NCBI GenBank assembly: GCA_004431415.1
Contig: QPMI01000641.1
Location: 114,079-178,078 of the forward strand
DNA length: 64,000 bases
DNA from: Cyanophora paradoxa CCMP329
Lineage: Eukaryota > Plantae > Glaucophyta
Reading direction: 5' to 3'
The notes beneath the pieces are model-generated. The model did no database searches, was not told the DNA's origin, and saw only the letters and a program-made list of their open reading frames with translations. Made by a program: the position numbers and the translations under genes. Positions 20,988-31,636 of this stretch are shown one piece after another. Numbering within the stretch: position 1 is the first letter of the stretch; each line of letters opens with the position of its first letter.

Positions 20988-23900
20988 TTAAATTGCGACA
21001 GCAATGTAATGAATTGTAACTGGAAATCCTGGTCTGTCAAAAGAACTTAATGGAACTATGCCAAGCTCACAAGTGAAATAGCTACTGTAAACTTGTTTAA
21101 GCCTAACATACATTCGATAGTAGTAGGCTGTCTCATTGTGTTGTATACCAGTTGTTACAATAGGAGGGTTAGCAAAGCTGCTGTTGAAATTAATAGTGAG
21201 GTTAAACCTATGGTCAGGATTTGCCCAAAGATAAGGAGTAGTGTAAACATACGTTCCTGCTTGGATTTTCCCATTAAAATACGCATTGAGTTGACTGGAT
21301 AGATCCGCTTCTGTAATGCATCTACTGATAGTCTGATTATTTGAAGGGTTCATAGCATAAAAGTTTCTTGCATAGGCATTTCCACGAACAAGTAAGGTTT
21401 TATCGAAGTAATTTTGCGAATTGTGGAAAAACCATGTTTCATCAAACATAGGTCCTGCTGGTTCTACAATCTGACCTGATCCTACATACATTGTGTTGTT
21501 CGCTCTGATGGTGGTAGCTGTAAAGGGATCGAGGGTGGGTTTATTGGTCAGGTCATTGTAGTTGCCCGAAAAAATCGCTGGTTTGTTATAAATATCTGTA
21601 TTCCAATCATGAGTGTGTGCAAAATCTGTAATCTCTGCCTTTGTGTGGGTGTGACCTACATACGCAACATTTCCAAGATCTGTAATCTCTGCCTTAGTGT
21701 GGGTGTGCCCAACATATGCAACATTTCCAAGATCTAGAATCTCTGATTTAACATGAGTGTGGGCGAAATTCGTAATATCTGCTCGGGTGTGATAGTGTGC
21801 AAAATCTGTTATTTGGGACTTGGTGTGAGTGTGTGCGAAATCTGTAATCTCTGCTCTTGTGTGGGTGTGGGATCTATTATTAAGATCGAGGAAACTCCCG
21901 AAAATGCAACAGGGTGTAGATTCGCCGCAGTAGGTTTGTTAATAAGATCATTATAGTCTCCTGAGAACGAAACGGTTTTCAGTTCACCCCTTCCTACATA
22001 ATCCGAAGGGAGATCGATTTTGATGGGCATGATAGCAGGATCAATAGGAATTTCGTATTCGGCTCCTGGGTGAATCACAGGGAAGACTTGATCATTTTCA
22101 GTGTGAACAAAAAGTTGTCGGCAGTCACTGTTCCGTCAATAGTTCCTCCTGTCAAGGGAAGGTAATTTCCTGTCACAGCTAGACCTGCAATAACTAATGC
22201 GAGCTCTGCTTCGTCTACGTAGTTTTGGGCTTGAAGATAATCCTCTGTAACCACTCTGGATATTGTCTCGTTGTGAATGTTCTTTGCTGCTGCCCTCTGA
22301 TTTATTTCTAAAACTCCCTCGCCAACTCCACCATTATAATTCGTTTTAATCCATGCTATTTCACATTTTTTATAATCGTCTCGGTTTCCAATTAAAGCTT
22401 CGGGTAAAAGGCGTTCACGGCTAAATACCAATTTCGGTCTCGATGAATCTAAATCGCTAACATCTGTTACATTAATCTGGATTGCAGAATGAAAATCAGC
22501 ATGGGAGAGAGGATCTAACGGCAGTGAAGGCAAAGGAGGTAGAACAGATGTCATTTCGATGTCAGAGGCGTAGTAGTTTGTGACATAAATACTTGGGAAC
22601 GTGTCCTGCAAACCGATATTCCCGCCAGCAGCAACTATCTCCATTCCACGGGGAATCCTTATAAACAAAGAGCCTGACATGTCAGTGTTAGCACGAATTC
22701 CCTGCCTGTGGACATAGTGGTCATTCAAATATAACCTTTCAGGGGTGTTAATTGATTTGTAGAGAGAGACAGCTAGTGTGACAGGAAGCTCAATCTTTGC
22801 GAACTCGGGCTGCTCATCTATTTCGCTCCAAATGTGTCTGTGATCTTCCGGTGGAAATTCAAGCGGAACATTATCAAGGTCACCCCAGTCGTGTCTATGA
22901 TCCTCTGGAGGAAATTTAAGCGGTTTATTATCGATATCATCCCAGTCGTGTCTATGATCTTCTGGTGGAAATTGCAACGGTTTATTATCGATTTCATCCC
23001 AGTTATGTCTGTGATCTTCCGGTGGAAAATTCTCAGGTTTGTTGTTAATAGATTCCCAGTCCACTGTGAACTCCAAGGGGAAGAAAATAGGATCAAAGCC
23101 GTCTGGAAGCAGCTGCTCATGCGGAATCACAGGCTGCTCGTACTCGAGTTCTTGAACATCTAAGCCATCAGGAAGTAACTGCTCTTCCGGCTCTGTGTAC
23201 ATCTCGAGTGGAAAAACTTCTATATCAGGCGGTAGGTATTCTTCATGCGGATGCTTATAGGGTTCAATCACTGGGCGATTCCTGACAGCCTCCCACGATA
23301 TAATATTTTGACCAAATGGGATTGTTTCATCAGCAACTCGCTCTCGACCTGGTCCATCCGGGATTGGCGGCTTTGGTAACCCTGGAAGAGGCGGTATAGG
23401 TGGTATAGGGACAATAGGTCCGAAGTAGTAGTTGAAAATGTTGATCACCTCCTCTTCAGTGCTAACCTTCTTACCATCCTGATAAATATTAGTTCCATGA
23501 ATATTTCTCCACTGCCTGGTGCGAAGCCCTAGGTCATATCTATCATGCAATGCGGGGAGCAGGTGCCTGTCAGCCTCAATCAAGATAGAGCCAAAGGTGC
23601 ATCCAGGAATATCTAACCTGGTGGCTGGCTCGGTATCGATTTGATTAACATCGAAACCGTACAAAATATTTGTCTCTCTTGCAGCAGTATATAGTAAATC
23701 CCAGGGAAACGGCTGAATTTGTGATGCTAGCACTGATATTCCTGCATCTTCACCAAGGAGAATTCTCCCTGTAATTTGGGCCGCAGTTTTGTTTGTGACA
23801 TCATTGGATTCATCAATTAGACGTAGAGCTGATGTGTGGACCCCTCTATCATTTTGGAGCCTAAAGATTAATCTACCAGAATCATATTTGGAAACTGTGC

Positions 23901-24186
23901 CTGAGGAGGCAATTCGCAGGTGCCGCGGCAACGCCCTGGATCCGATTATTTCAGCAACATAATTCTCAGCTGGACCCAGACAAAATCTCTGTGCGATATT
24001 TGGGGCACCGACGTGTGAATTGCGCAGAATTAATGCAGCTGGTCGATTAAACTCGGTCCTGTGGATGTCACGATCAGCATTGTAGTCAGCCAAGATGCTT
24101 CCGAAAACGCGAATATTTATATGTCGATCATCCACGAGATCTGGAGCTTTACGAAGTGGCACTGGCTTCTTCAAGATGTAGGACAT
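20988..24186 (-). CDS. Long tail-fibre-like protein (about 1066 aa after correcting two 1-nt deletions)
   Basis: PPEDHRHxWxxIDNKP x4, YLPLTGGT, FSGDYNDL.NKP and HTHT.AEITDF repeats, with a C-terminal INFNSSFANPPIVT lectin-like tip. Frameshifts near 22110 and 21897 join track ORFs 22075..24186, 21809..22078 and 20988..21491. Confidence 0.75.
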
Positions 24187-24210
24187 TTTTATATAAGCCC
24201 CCTTTTAAAA

Positions 24211-25695
24211 ATGAAGGTCATTCTCTCACTATCAGGTGGAGGTGCTCGTGGAATAGTCATAGCCCGAATTCTACAGCGGATTGAGGCGATTACTGGGAAA
24301 GCAATACCACAGCTGTTTGATTTCTTTGCAGGCACCTCAACAGGGGCAATAATAGCGGCCGGATTGGCGATCCCATCAACTCCAGGCTCTGTTCTTGCTT
24401 ACCGATATTCTGCAGGTGATATCTTGAGTCTCTACCAGACGAACCTGCCAACAATATTTGCAAATCCAAGATCACTGACAAGCTTGCTCTCAGGCAGCCG
24501 CTATGATGCAAACCCTCTGGAGTCGGTGCTCACAGACGTTGCCCTGGACTACACAATTGCAGAATCGACCAAAGACATATTAATTACAGCGTTTGATACA
24601 GTTCGGATGCAGCCCGTAGTTTTCACCAAAGATGGGCCATACTCGAGCACGCTGATTCGTGATGCAGTTAGAGCATCTTCTGCAGCGCCAACATTCTTTC
24701 CACCGAAGGTTCTAGGGGACAAAAACCTTGTTGACGGGGCAATTGCCTGTTTGAATAATCCATCAGTTGCTGCACTCAGCCACGCCAGTAAAATTTACGA
24801 TGCAGAAGATCCAATTGTTCTTGTGAGCATTAGCTGTGGTGAAGTCCAAGCCAGTGAGCAATTGACTGCAGGCTTTTCGAATTCGGAGACGTCAGGCTGG
24901 GGCGCTCTGGGCTGGATCCTATCCCTCTCAGGCAGCCCAATAATTTCTATGCTAATGGCTGGTAGCGAGCTGGAATCCCACTTTCAAATGCAGGAGCTGC
25001 TTCCAGTTGATGCAGATAGGAATCTCACTAGATACTGGCGTTTAAGTGTTCCGCTGCCAGCTGCAGTCATGAGCAAGCTTGATGATGCCTCTCCATCGAA
25101 TATTTCTTATTTGATTTCCACAACTGACTTATGGCTGAAACAAATCGAAATAAATGCTAAAATAAATGCACTCTGCAGCTTTCTATTGGCGAACTACGAC
25201 CTACTGAACGATGAGAGACTTATCATATCGTCTACTTTAACAGTTGAGCCTCCATTTGATGTCAACTGGTTTATAATTCCAGATGCGAATATCACAAGCA
25301 ACGACTTTGAGGAATTGCACCCACCTTCTCATGTGCGACCCAACTCTACAGGGTTTCAGGGGGGAACATTACCTAATCCCTGGATCAAAGTCGAGTTTTC
25401 CAAGCCTTTTGAGCTACATCAAATCATTATGTATGGGCCAGCCTTTGCTGCCGGAGTCCTATTTAATTTCAGCATTCTGACCAACTTAGGATATGTCCAA
25501 GATGGGAGGCTTTTTGAAAATACGGTCCTAGCAAATGTGCTTGCTGCAAACCCATCTATGACAGGCTTTGATCTAATGCATAGTGACTCGCATTTGATCA
25601 CCCCACAGGTTTATAACTATGTGCAAATTATAACAAACGAATTTATAAATGTGAATGCATTCCGGCTTGATTTCCGGGGACGTTACATTAATTAG
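24211..25695 (+). CDS. Patatin-like phospholipase with C-terminal beta-sandwich (discoidin-like) domain
   Basis: SGGGARG, GTSTG, SSAAPTFFPP and DGA motifs. C-terminal PWIKVEF.KP..LHQI.MYG...FRLDFRG. Confidence 0.9.
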   Translation: MKVILSLSGGGARGIVIARILQRIEAITGKAIPQLFDFFAGTSTGAIIAAGLAIPSTPGSVLAYRYSAGDILSLYQTNLPTIFANPRSLTSLLSGSRYDANPLESVLTDVALDYTIAESTKDILITAFDTVRMQPVVFTKDGPYSSTLIRDAVRASSAAPTFFPPKVLGDKNLVDGAIACLNNPSVAALSHASKIYDAEDPIVLVSISCGEVQASEQLTAGFSNSETSGWGALGWILSLSGSPIISMLMAGSELESHFQMQELLPVDADRNLTRYWRLSVPLPAAVMSKLDDASPSNISYLISTTDLWLKQIEINAKINALCSFLLANYDLLNDERLIISSTLTVEPPFDVNWFIIPDANITSNDFEELHPPSHVRPNSTGFQGGTLPNPWIKVEFSKPFELHQIIMYGPAFAAGVLFNFSILTNLGYVQDGRLFENTVLANVLAANPSMTGFDLMHSDSHLITPQVYNYVQIITNEFINVNAFRLDFRGRYIN

Positions 25696-26050
25696 GCGGC
25701 GGCATGAATGCCCAGGAAATCAGAGAGAGTCCAAGACGTGTTGGAATAGTTCTGCCAGATTTATCTTTCTCCCAAAATGGTGCTCCATTACGCCCTCCCA
25801 GTCGCCTCTTAATGTAATTCTCTCTTCGCTGATACCAAGTTTGGGCGCCGCCGAGGCTGCTTGTCTGCCGACTGTTTTTGGTTGCGAGCTCCTTTTTGAT
25901 TCCGTCAGGACCAAATCGGCGGTAAGCTTGCAAAAATCCTATGCTCGTTTGCGTGCTTGGCTTATCTCCAATAGCAACTAGTGATACGTTTTTATCCCGC
26001 ATCAACTGCAAGTACTTTTCAATATGAGCTAAAGGCATTAATTGAAACAT
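25688..26050 (-). CDS. Hypothetical viral protein
   Basis: 120-aa ORF convergent with the patatin gene, AT-rich upstream. Function unknown. Confidence 0.65.
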   Translation of the reverse strand: MFQLMPLAHIEKYLQLMRDKNVSLVAIGDKPSTQTSIGFLQAYRRFGPDGIKKELATKNSRQTSSLGGAQTWYQRRENYIKRRLGGRNGAPFWEKDKSGRTIPTRLGLSLISWAFMPPPN

Positions 26051-26169
26051 AGTTATATATATTCATGCAAGAAATTCGGTGACTCGCTCAGTACAGCTCA
26101 GTGCAAAGCCAAGAAGGCGAAAACCAAGATGGGCATTCTTGCCCTTCGGGCTCCTTAGGCGCAGCGTCG

Positions 26170-27114
26170 CTACTCGTCTGCGACCCTTCGGCTTGCACTG
26201 GTAATAAACTGCAGTTCACCAGACCAAGGCAGGCCGTTCAGTGATACATCATCACCATCTCTGTCTACAATGCGCAGTCGCAAGGAAGTCAACACAAGAC
26301 GCTCTTCGATGGGGATCCATTCGCCGTTGTGATCCTGATTTATGTAAACGAACTTGCCAACGTCCTGGCTCATTTGAATTCGAGCAAGCCCATAATTGCA
26401 CATTGTTTTGGCCCCACGGCGAAGCTTTGAAGCAAATGGTCGAAGCTCTTCACAGACTAGGAATAGATACTGTTCGCTGTTCATGTCAATTATCTTTGGA
26501 AATTCGACAGCATAGCCAAGTGGCTCACTCCGCATTCTTTCGGTGAAATCAACGCCATATTCAGGGTGTGAAGGTGTTACTGGAATGCCAGCAACCTCGA
26601 GATATCGCTCAGCTGCAGTTACTGATCTTTGCCCTCCTTCAATCACGATAGGAGACAGCTGGAGGGGCTCATTTCGGTTCAGCCCTAGCAGATTCGATAG
26701 AGCTTTGAACTGGCAGGTCACTGTGCAGGAACGGTTGCAATAGGCAGACATCTTCAGTGTCTCTGGGTCCCGAAACAATTTGAAATATGCTATTACGATT
26801 CCCCCCAGTTCAAACTTAAACGATAGGCCAAAGTTGTAAAGATCTGTTTCGCCCATATTTGCAGTAGTAATTATACCAGGCTCAAAAACTGCCAGATTTT
26901 CCGTCCAAATGTTGGGGAAGGTGATCGAAAGATACTCATCTTTAATGCTCGTGTAAAGGCTATTTGCGAACTCACACTGGGTAAGTCGAACAGCAACTGG
27001 ATTGATTATAGGTTCATTTATTTCTAGCACAAAGTTTGCCTCTGAATCGATTGGCCTTCTGTCTCTACTGTCAAAGCTGAGCCTGGCGCAGCGTCGATGC
27101 TTGTCTTCGACCAT
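26170..27114 (-). CDS. Penton-like minor capsid protein 1, element C
   Basis: FDSRDR...F...I..P.AVRL...EF.NSLY and LRLRIVDRDG....LNGLPWS.EL. Confidence 0.78.
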   Translation of the reverse strand: MVEDKHRRCARLSFDSRDRRPIDSEANFVLEINEPIINPVAVRLTQCEFANSLYTSIKDEYLSITFPNIWTENLAVFEPGIITTANMGETDLYNFGLSFKFELGGIVIAYFKLFRDPETLKMSAYCNRSCTVTCQFKALSNLLGLNRNEPLQLSPIVIEGGQRSVTAAERYLEVAGIPVTPSHPEYGVDFTERMRSEPLGYAVEFPKIIDMNSEQYLFLVCEELRPFASKLRRGAKTMCNYGLARIQMSQDVGKFVYINQDHNGEWIPIEERLVLTSLRLRIVDRDGDDVSLNGLPWSGELQFITSASRRVADE

Positions 27115-27141
27115 TTTTATTCTCTAACTGATATAAAAAAG

Positions 27142-28098
27142 ATGCCGACGGACTACGTCTGCATTGCAAGCCACCAAGCGGATGAGCTGACATCCACCTC
27201 AAAATTTAAAGTAAGACTGCCTAAAGTTTATCAGGATGTAAAAGCCGTGCGCCTGGTATCTGCTGAGATCCCCAACACAATGAGCACAGTTGATGCACTC
27301 GATCCAGCAGAGGATTTAGTGTTTGACACCTATATATATTGGTGCAAATATGATCCTGCAAATGAGGGACCCGACCCACCTCAGCCAGGTTTTGGAGCGT
27401 GGAATAACATTGCAATTCCACCTGGAAATTACGACGTCACCTCGCTTGTGACAAATATAAACCAAAGGTTGACGGGGACTGGTCTCACGTGCACGTATAA
27501 TTCAGCGGTTAAATTAATAGGGTTCACAGCTAACTTCGAGTTCTTTATTGCTCTGATGTTGCCAACGAACCAGGGTGGGCGGGAAGTCAGAAACTACCAG
27601 GCCGTTGCAAGGGCTCAGCGAACTGCAAAGCTGCTAGGCTTGCGATCAATTCTACCGATTCGGTCTAAGGATTTAACTGTCGATATTCAATATATAGAGG
27701 GCGCTTATGAACCCGATGTCACTCCCGATGATCATGTGCTACTTCGCATTCCTGAAATTGGTGACCTTGTCAGTATGCCAAATACTTCAATTCCTGGCTT
27801 CTTCTCAAAGCTCAGCATTCCAAGCGCCCTCCGTCCTGGTGAGACAGCCTACTACGATTCAACTGAAGCAACTCCTTTGTATAAGTATGTTTATTCAAAG
27901 CTGGACCTCTACTCTGTGACTATTGAGATATACGATTTTATGCAGCGAATCGCTGATTTAAATGGAGCTCCTGTGTCATTTATTCTCGAAATTCGTTATG
28001 GTCCTGACGAACCCAATGGTGATGTTGTCTACGAACTTGCAAAACTTCAGCTCCAGAAAAGGTCAAAGACATATCCTTGGATCAATTCGTCAAACTGA
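27142..28098 (+). CDS. Penton-like minor capsid protein 2, element C
   Basis: FKVRLPKVYQDVKAVRLVSAEIPNT, IPPGNY, and DLNGAPVSFILEI. Confidence 0.82.
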   Translation: MPTDYVCIASHQADELTSTSKFKVRLPKVYQDVKAVRLVSAEIPNTMSTVDALDPAEDLVFDTYIYWCKYDPANEGPDPPQPGFGAWNNIAIPPGNYDVTSLVTNINQRLTGTGLTCTYNSAVKLIGFTANFEFFIALMLPTNQGGREVRNYQAVARAQRTAKLLGLRSILPIRSKDLTVDIQYIEGAYEPDVTPDDHVLLRIPEIGDLVSMPNTSIPGFFSKLSIPSALRPGETAYYDSTEATPLYKYVYSKLDLYSVTIEIYDFMQRIADLNGAPVSFILEIRYGPDEPNGDVVYELAKLQLQKRSKTYPWINSSN

Positions 28099-28210
28099 GT
28101 CTTGGTGAAGCGGGCGGAGCCAGAAGGCGGAAGCCAAGATGGGCATCCTTGCCCTTCGGGCCCCTGACTTCGTCCAGAATTATTTTCTTTCACTGCAATT
28201 ATATACTTCG

Positions 28211-29599
28211 ATGGATGTTACTCAGAATTTGCAGCGGCTCGGCCTCAAAGAGCTCCTCACCACACCTCAGGAAGCGAAGGACTTCTTCATGAACAACGAG
28301 CTTATGTTAGGTCTAACGAGCCAAACCAAGCCTGTTCGTGTTGTTGTCAACCCAAGCAATGACTATGGAGACTGCTTCGGAAAGAGGGTTACTTATTTCC
28401 TGCCCCGATACAATTTCCTTCAGGGACTCGAACTCCAGTTTACCCTTCCCGAGCTGACAGCATTTACTGGTGACACTGACCTGGTTCGCACTGGTTATTT
28501 GCGATCGGTTGGTGCTCTCGTAAAGCGAATCGAAATCAAATATGCTTCCTACAGCTACATTGTCCCCGAGGACTGGCTTGTTCACAGCGCACTGATTTAC
28601 AATGATGATGCTCAGCTTAAAAAGAAGTACCGATCCGGTGGCTGGCTCCATGGAACACCACCTCAGGGGAGCAATCGCACTGGAGGTATTTTCAGTGTAA
28701 AAATCCCCTGTCCCTGGGAGGGTTCTGTGCTTCCGATTGGTGCTCTATCTGGCGAGGTTTCCGTCGAGGTTTGGTTCCGTGATCGTGCCCAGGGCTTCGT
28801 CGAAACCAGCTATGGTGGTAGGTTTGTAACAGAATATGCCATAGGCGGTGATGCTTCTAAAGAAGATGGACTTGGGAGCGTGGGAGCTGCTGCTGCATCC
28901 CCTGCAAACATCGGCCAGAATATAACTCCCAATGTTCTCAGTGTCACCCCTGCCAATCCGGAGCTTTCGAATCCAAAGATTATTGCTCATTGCATCAACG
29001 TTGATGAGGCCACTTTTGCCCAGGTGATTGAGAAAGTCAAAACGTCTGGAATCGCAATTCCCGCTACCGATGTCGGCTGGGTTGATGCTGATTCAATTAC
29101 TTATGCTGGTGCTGGTGCGCCCACCCGAATTAATCTGTCTCAAATCAGTGGACTTTGTTACGGCCTATTCGTTAGCATTCGCAAGCAGCCAAACATGAAC
29201 CAAACTGATGGAAAACACAGTGTCCTCAAAACCGAGGCTAATGCTCGCGATATTACTATTTCCTGCGAATTGAATGGACAGCGGCTTTATTCAAATGAGC
29301 CTGTTCCTCTATTGCAAGGTGCTGAACTCATCGCTGATGTCTTCAAGTGCTCCAATCTCGACGCACCCCTTAATCGGTATGTTCTGACTGGATTGCCATT
29401 TTGCATTAGTGGGGATAAATCGATTCGAAATGCTGCTCAAACTGGTTTCGTAGATCTGACGAACTCCAGCAGCTGCTTCCTGAATATCATGAACCCTGCT
29501 GCGTATGATGCTAACAACAAGATTTACGTCCAAATTCGCGCTCTCCTTCACACTGTCCTAATTGTTGATGCTGCGGGACTGCGGAAAGTTAATCTCTAG
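28211..29599 (+). CDS. Major capsid protein (double jelly roll), element C
   Basis: 462 aa, located between penton and ATPase. Shares LKELL.TP, LPR...L.G..L.F and Y.IP.DW motifs with the MCPs of A and B. Confidence 0.82.
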   Translation: MDVTQNLQRLGLKELLTTPQEAKDFFMNNELMLGLTSQTKPVRVVVNPSNDYGDCFGKRVTYFLPRYNFLQGLELQFTLPELTAFTGDTDLVRTGYLRSVGALVKRIEIKYASYSYIVPEDWLVHSALIYNDDAQLKKKYRSGGWLHGTPPQGSNRTGGIFSVKIPCPWEGSVLPIGALSGEVSVEVWFRDRAQGFVETSYGGRFVTEYAIGGDASKEDGLGSVGAAAASPANIGQNITPNVLSVTPANPELSNPKIIAHCINVDEATFAQVIEKVKTSGIAIPATDVGWVDADSITYAGAGAPTRINLSQISGLCYGLFVSIRKQPNMNQTDGKHSVLKTEANARDITISCELNGQRLYSNEPVPLLQGAELIADVFKCSNLDAPLNRYVLTGLPFCISGDKSIRNAAQTGFVDLTNSSSCFLNIMNPAAYDANNKIYVQIRALLHTVLIVDAAGLRKVNL

Positions 29600-29707
29600 T
29601 CACAGTGTCGCCAGACAAGCCGAAGGCAAGGAGCCTTCTTGGCTCCGCACTGACTCGCCTGCGGTCGCGGTTGTGTTTGCCTGCGAATATCAATAGTTAA
29701 TTTTTTG

Positions 29708-30448
29708 ATGGATGAGTCTCAAGAGCTCGCAAAGTTCCAGCCTAGCGATATGAGGGTCCCATTCAAAGCCCTGTTTATTTCAAAGTCTAATAGCGGCAAA
29801 TCCTTCTATTGCACAAAGCATTTACTTAGACTGCTTTATCCGAAGATTAATCGAGTCGTTGTGTTTACCGCCACCAAATTCAACGGCGAGTATTCTGCAA
29901 TAACAAATGAGCTTTATGACGATTTTCAGCCATCTATCGTTGCAGAAATCATTGATTCACAGCGAAATTTGATTGAAAACAAAAAGAAAGCGCCGCAGAT
30001 ATTGCTAGTCTTAGATGATCTTGTTGCCGCCTCTGAAACAGTGGATCTGCGAAATAGCAAGGCTGTAAATCGACTTTTTACGCAGGGTCGCCATTTTAAT
30101 ATAAGTACAATTCTAATGACGCAAAAACTAACAGCTTTGAGTCAATCTATAAGATCGAACTCCGACTATTGTTTTTTCTTCAGTTACTCTAATCATACTG
30201 AACTCGAGGCCATTTATAGAGAATTTAGCCATCTCCCAAAAGAAGAATTTATAGCTTTATTTGAAACCTGGGCGCACGATTATCAGTGCCTAGTCCTTGA
30301 TGGGACCAAGTACGATACGGCCTGGTACGTTGATAAAGCTGTTGAAGATAAGAGTTTTCGTTTCTCTAAATGGCTAAGACAAGAAGAAGAGTCTAAGAAA
30401 GAATCGCCTGTTATCCCTAAAAAGAAGCGTTTTAAAATCTTAGCTTAA
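29708..30448 (+). CDS. A32/FtsK-like genome packaging ATPase, element C
   Basis: SKSNSGKS, LLVLDD, GRH...I...Q, IRSN. Confidence 0.92.
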   Translation: MDESQELAKFQPSDMRVPFKALFISKSNSGKSFYCTKHLLRLLYPKINRVVVFTATKFNGEYSAITNELYDDFQPSIVAEIIDSQRNLIENKKKAPQILLVLDDLVAASETVDLRNSKAVNRLFTQGRHFNISTILMTQKLTALSQSIRSNSDYCFFFSYSNHTELEAIYREFSHLPKEEFIALFETWAHDYQCLVLDGTKYDTAWYVDKAVEDKSFRFSKWLRQEEESKKESPVIPKKKRFKILA

Positions 30449-30457
30449 GAACAGAAG

Positions 30458-31096
30458 ATGGGCAGAGGCATTCCTAAAAAGGGTTATCGCGAACGACGCA
30501 AGATTAATCCTATAGAGCCAAATGCTCCACTGATTGAAAGCGGCTCAACTGAGGGCGCAGCTGTTGCTGATCCTAGCGGTGAGCTAGCTAGTGACCCCCG
30601 TCTAAATGCACCTGTAGCTAAAACGATTGCCTCCGCAGCTGCTAATGCCAGTGCGGTTGACGACCGCCACGCCCAGGCTAAAATCGTTACTGAAATTCAG
30701 TCCGATATCGATGAGGATGCAGCCCGGATCATTCGTGCGATGGCGTCTGAACCGAGATACTCCGGTCCAAAAATCAAGACAGCAACAGTATCAAAGAGTC
30801 AGATCGAGGAACTAACAGCTAAATTGCGAGATCTCGAGGCTCGATCGGCTAATATCGAATCGTATGTAAAAGAGAAGCAAGAGAGAGCGAAGATCCGCGA
30901 GATGTTGCGCAGCGAGATGTTTAAACATAGACCTATGGACGTACCAGATTTACGCTATCTCAAAAACGAAAAAGAGAAGGCTTCACAAGCTCTCGATGAC
31001 GCTGCTGTAAAGCCCGCAACGCCTTATGTGTCTGAAGCGAATTCTACAAGCTCACAGATGAAGGGAGCTCTGGGTGGACGGCGGATTCGGTTGTGA
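30458..31096 (+). CDS. Hypothetical protein (basic N-terminus, coiled coil)
   Basis: 212-aa ORF starting 9 nt after the ATPase stop. Confidence 0.7.
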   Translation: MGRGIPKKGYRERRKINPIEPNAPLIESGSTEGAAVADPSGELASDPRLNAPVAKTIASAAANASAVDDRHAQAKIVTEIQSDIDEDAARIIRAMASEPRYSGPKIKTATVSKSQIEELTAKLRDLEARSANIESYVKEKQERAKIREMLRSEMFKHRPMDVPDLRYLKNEKEKASQALDDAAVKPATPYVSEANSTSSQMKGALGGRRIRL

Positions 31097-31607
31097 AATT
31101 CAGACGCAGAAATGGACGGTCCTCGGCGGAAGTTTGATCAAGGGCATAGGTGTCTCTGGCTTTAGCAGCGGCTTCAGCAGTGGTAAAGTAGCCGATCGAC
31201 TTTTGGCGCCCATTCATCTTACAATACGCCTGCCATTTACCACGCTGCTGATGGAACGATACACCAATGAAACCGCTGGTGTTATTGCGCTGCTGGCCAC
31301 GGTTTAGAGTCTGCTGCCGCTTTGTTGCCAGTCGAAGATTTTCGCGACGATTATCTTTTGGATCGTTGTTGATATGATCGATAGTTAAACCGTTTTCGAG
31401 TTCGCCGCTGATGAAGTTATGCAACAACACGGTCTTTCTGTTGATCGTGGTTTGAGCATATCCAAAATTATGTAAACTCCAGCGGAATCCAAGCACGCGC
31501 TGAGCATCATCCTGTGAAACAAGAGCATAAGCAACGATGACTCGACGATGATTGCGAATTCCACCAAGCGGTATCGCTACAGCGCCTTCTGGAATTGTGA
31601 CCTCCAT
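31044..31607 (-). CDS. HNH-AP2 endonuclease
   Basis: HNH: LHNFI...IDHINNDPKDNRRENLR. AP2: NTSGFIGVS....KWQA.......IGYF.T.E.AA.ARD. Confidence 0.92.
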   Translation of the reverse strand: MEVTIPEGAVAIPLGGIRNHRRVIVAYALVSQDDAQRVLGFRWSLHNFGYAQTTINRKTVLLHNFISGELENGLTIDHINNDPKDNRRENLRLATKRQQTLNRGQQRNNTSGFIGVSFHQQRGKWQAYCKMNGRQKSIGYFTTAEAAAKARDTYALDQTSAEDRPFLRLNFTTESAVHPELPSSVSL

Positions 31608-31636
31608 CTTCTTTACAATCTGAGATTGAGATCTCT

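Noticed and set aside
16803-24186. Diversity-generating retroelement or shufflon behind fibre variation
   Set aside because: No reverse transcriptase, template/variable repeat pair or recombinase seen.
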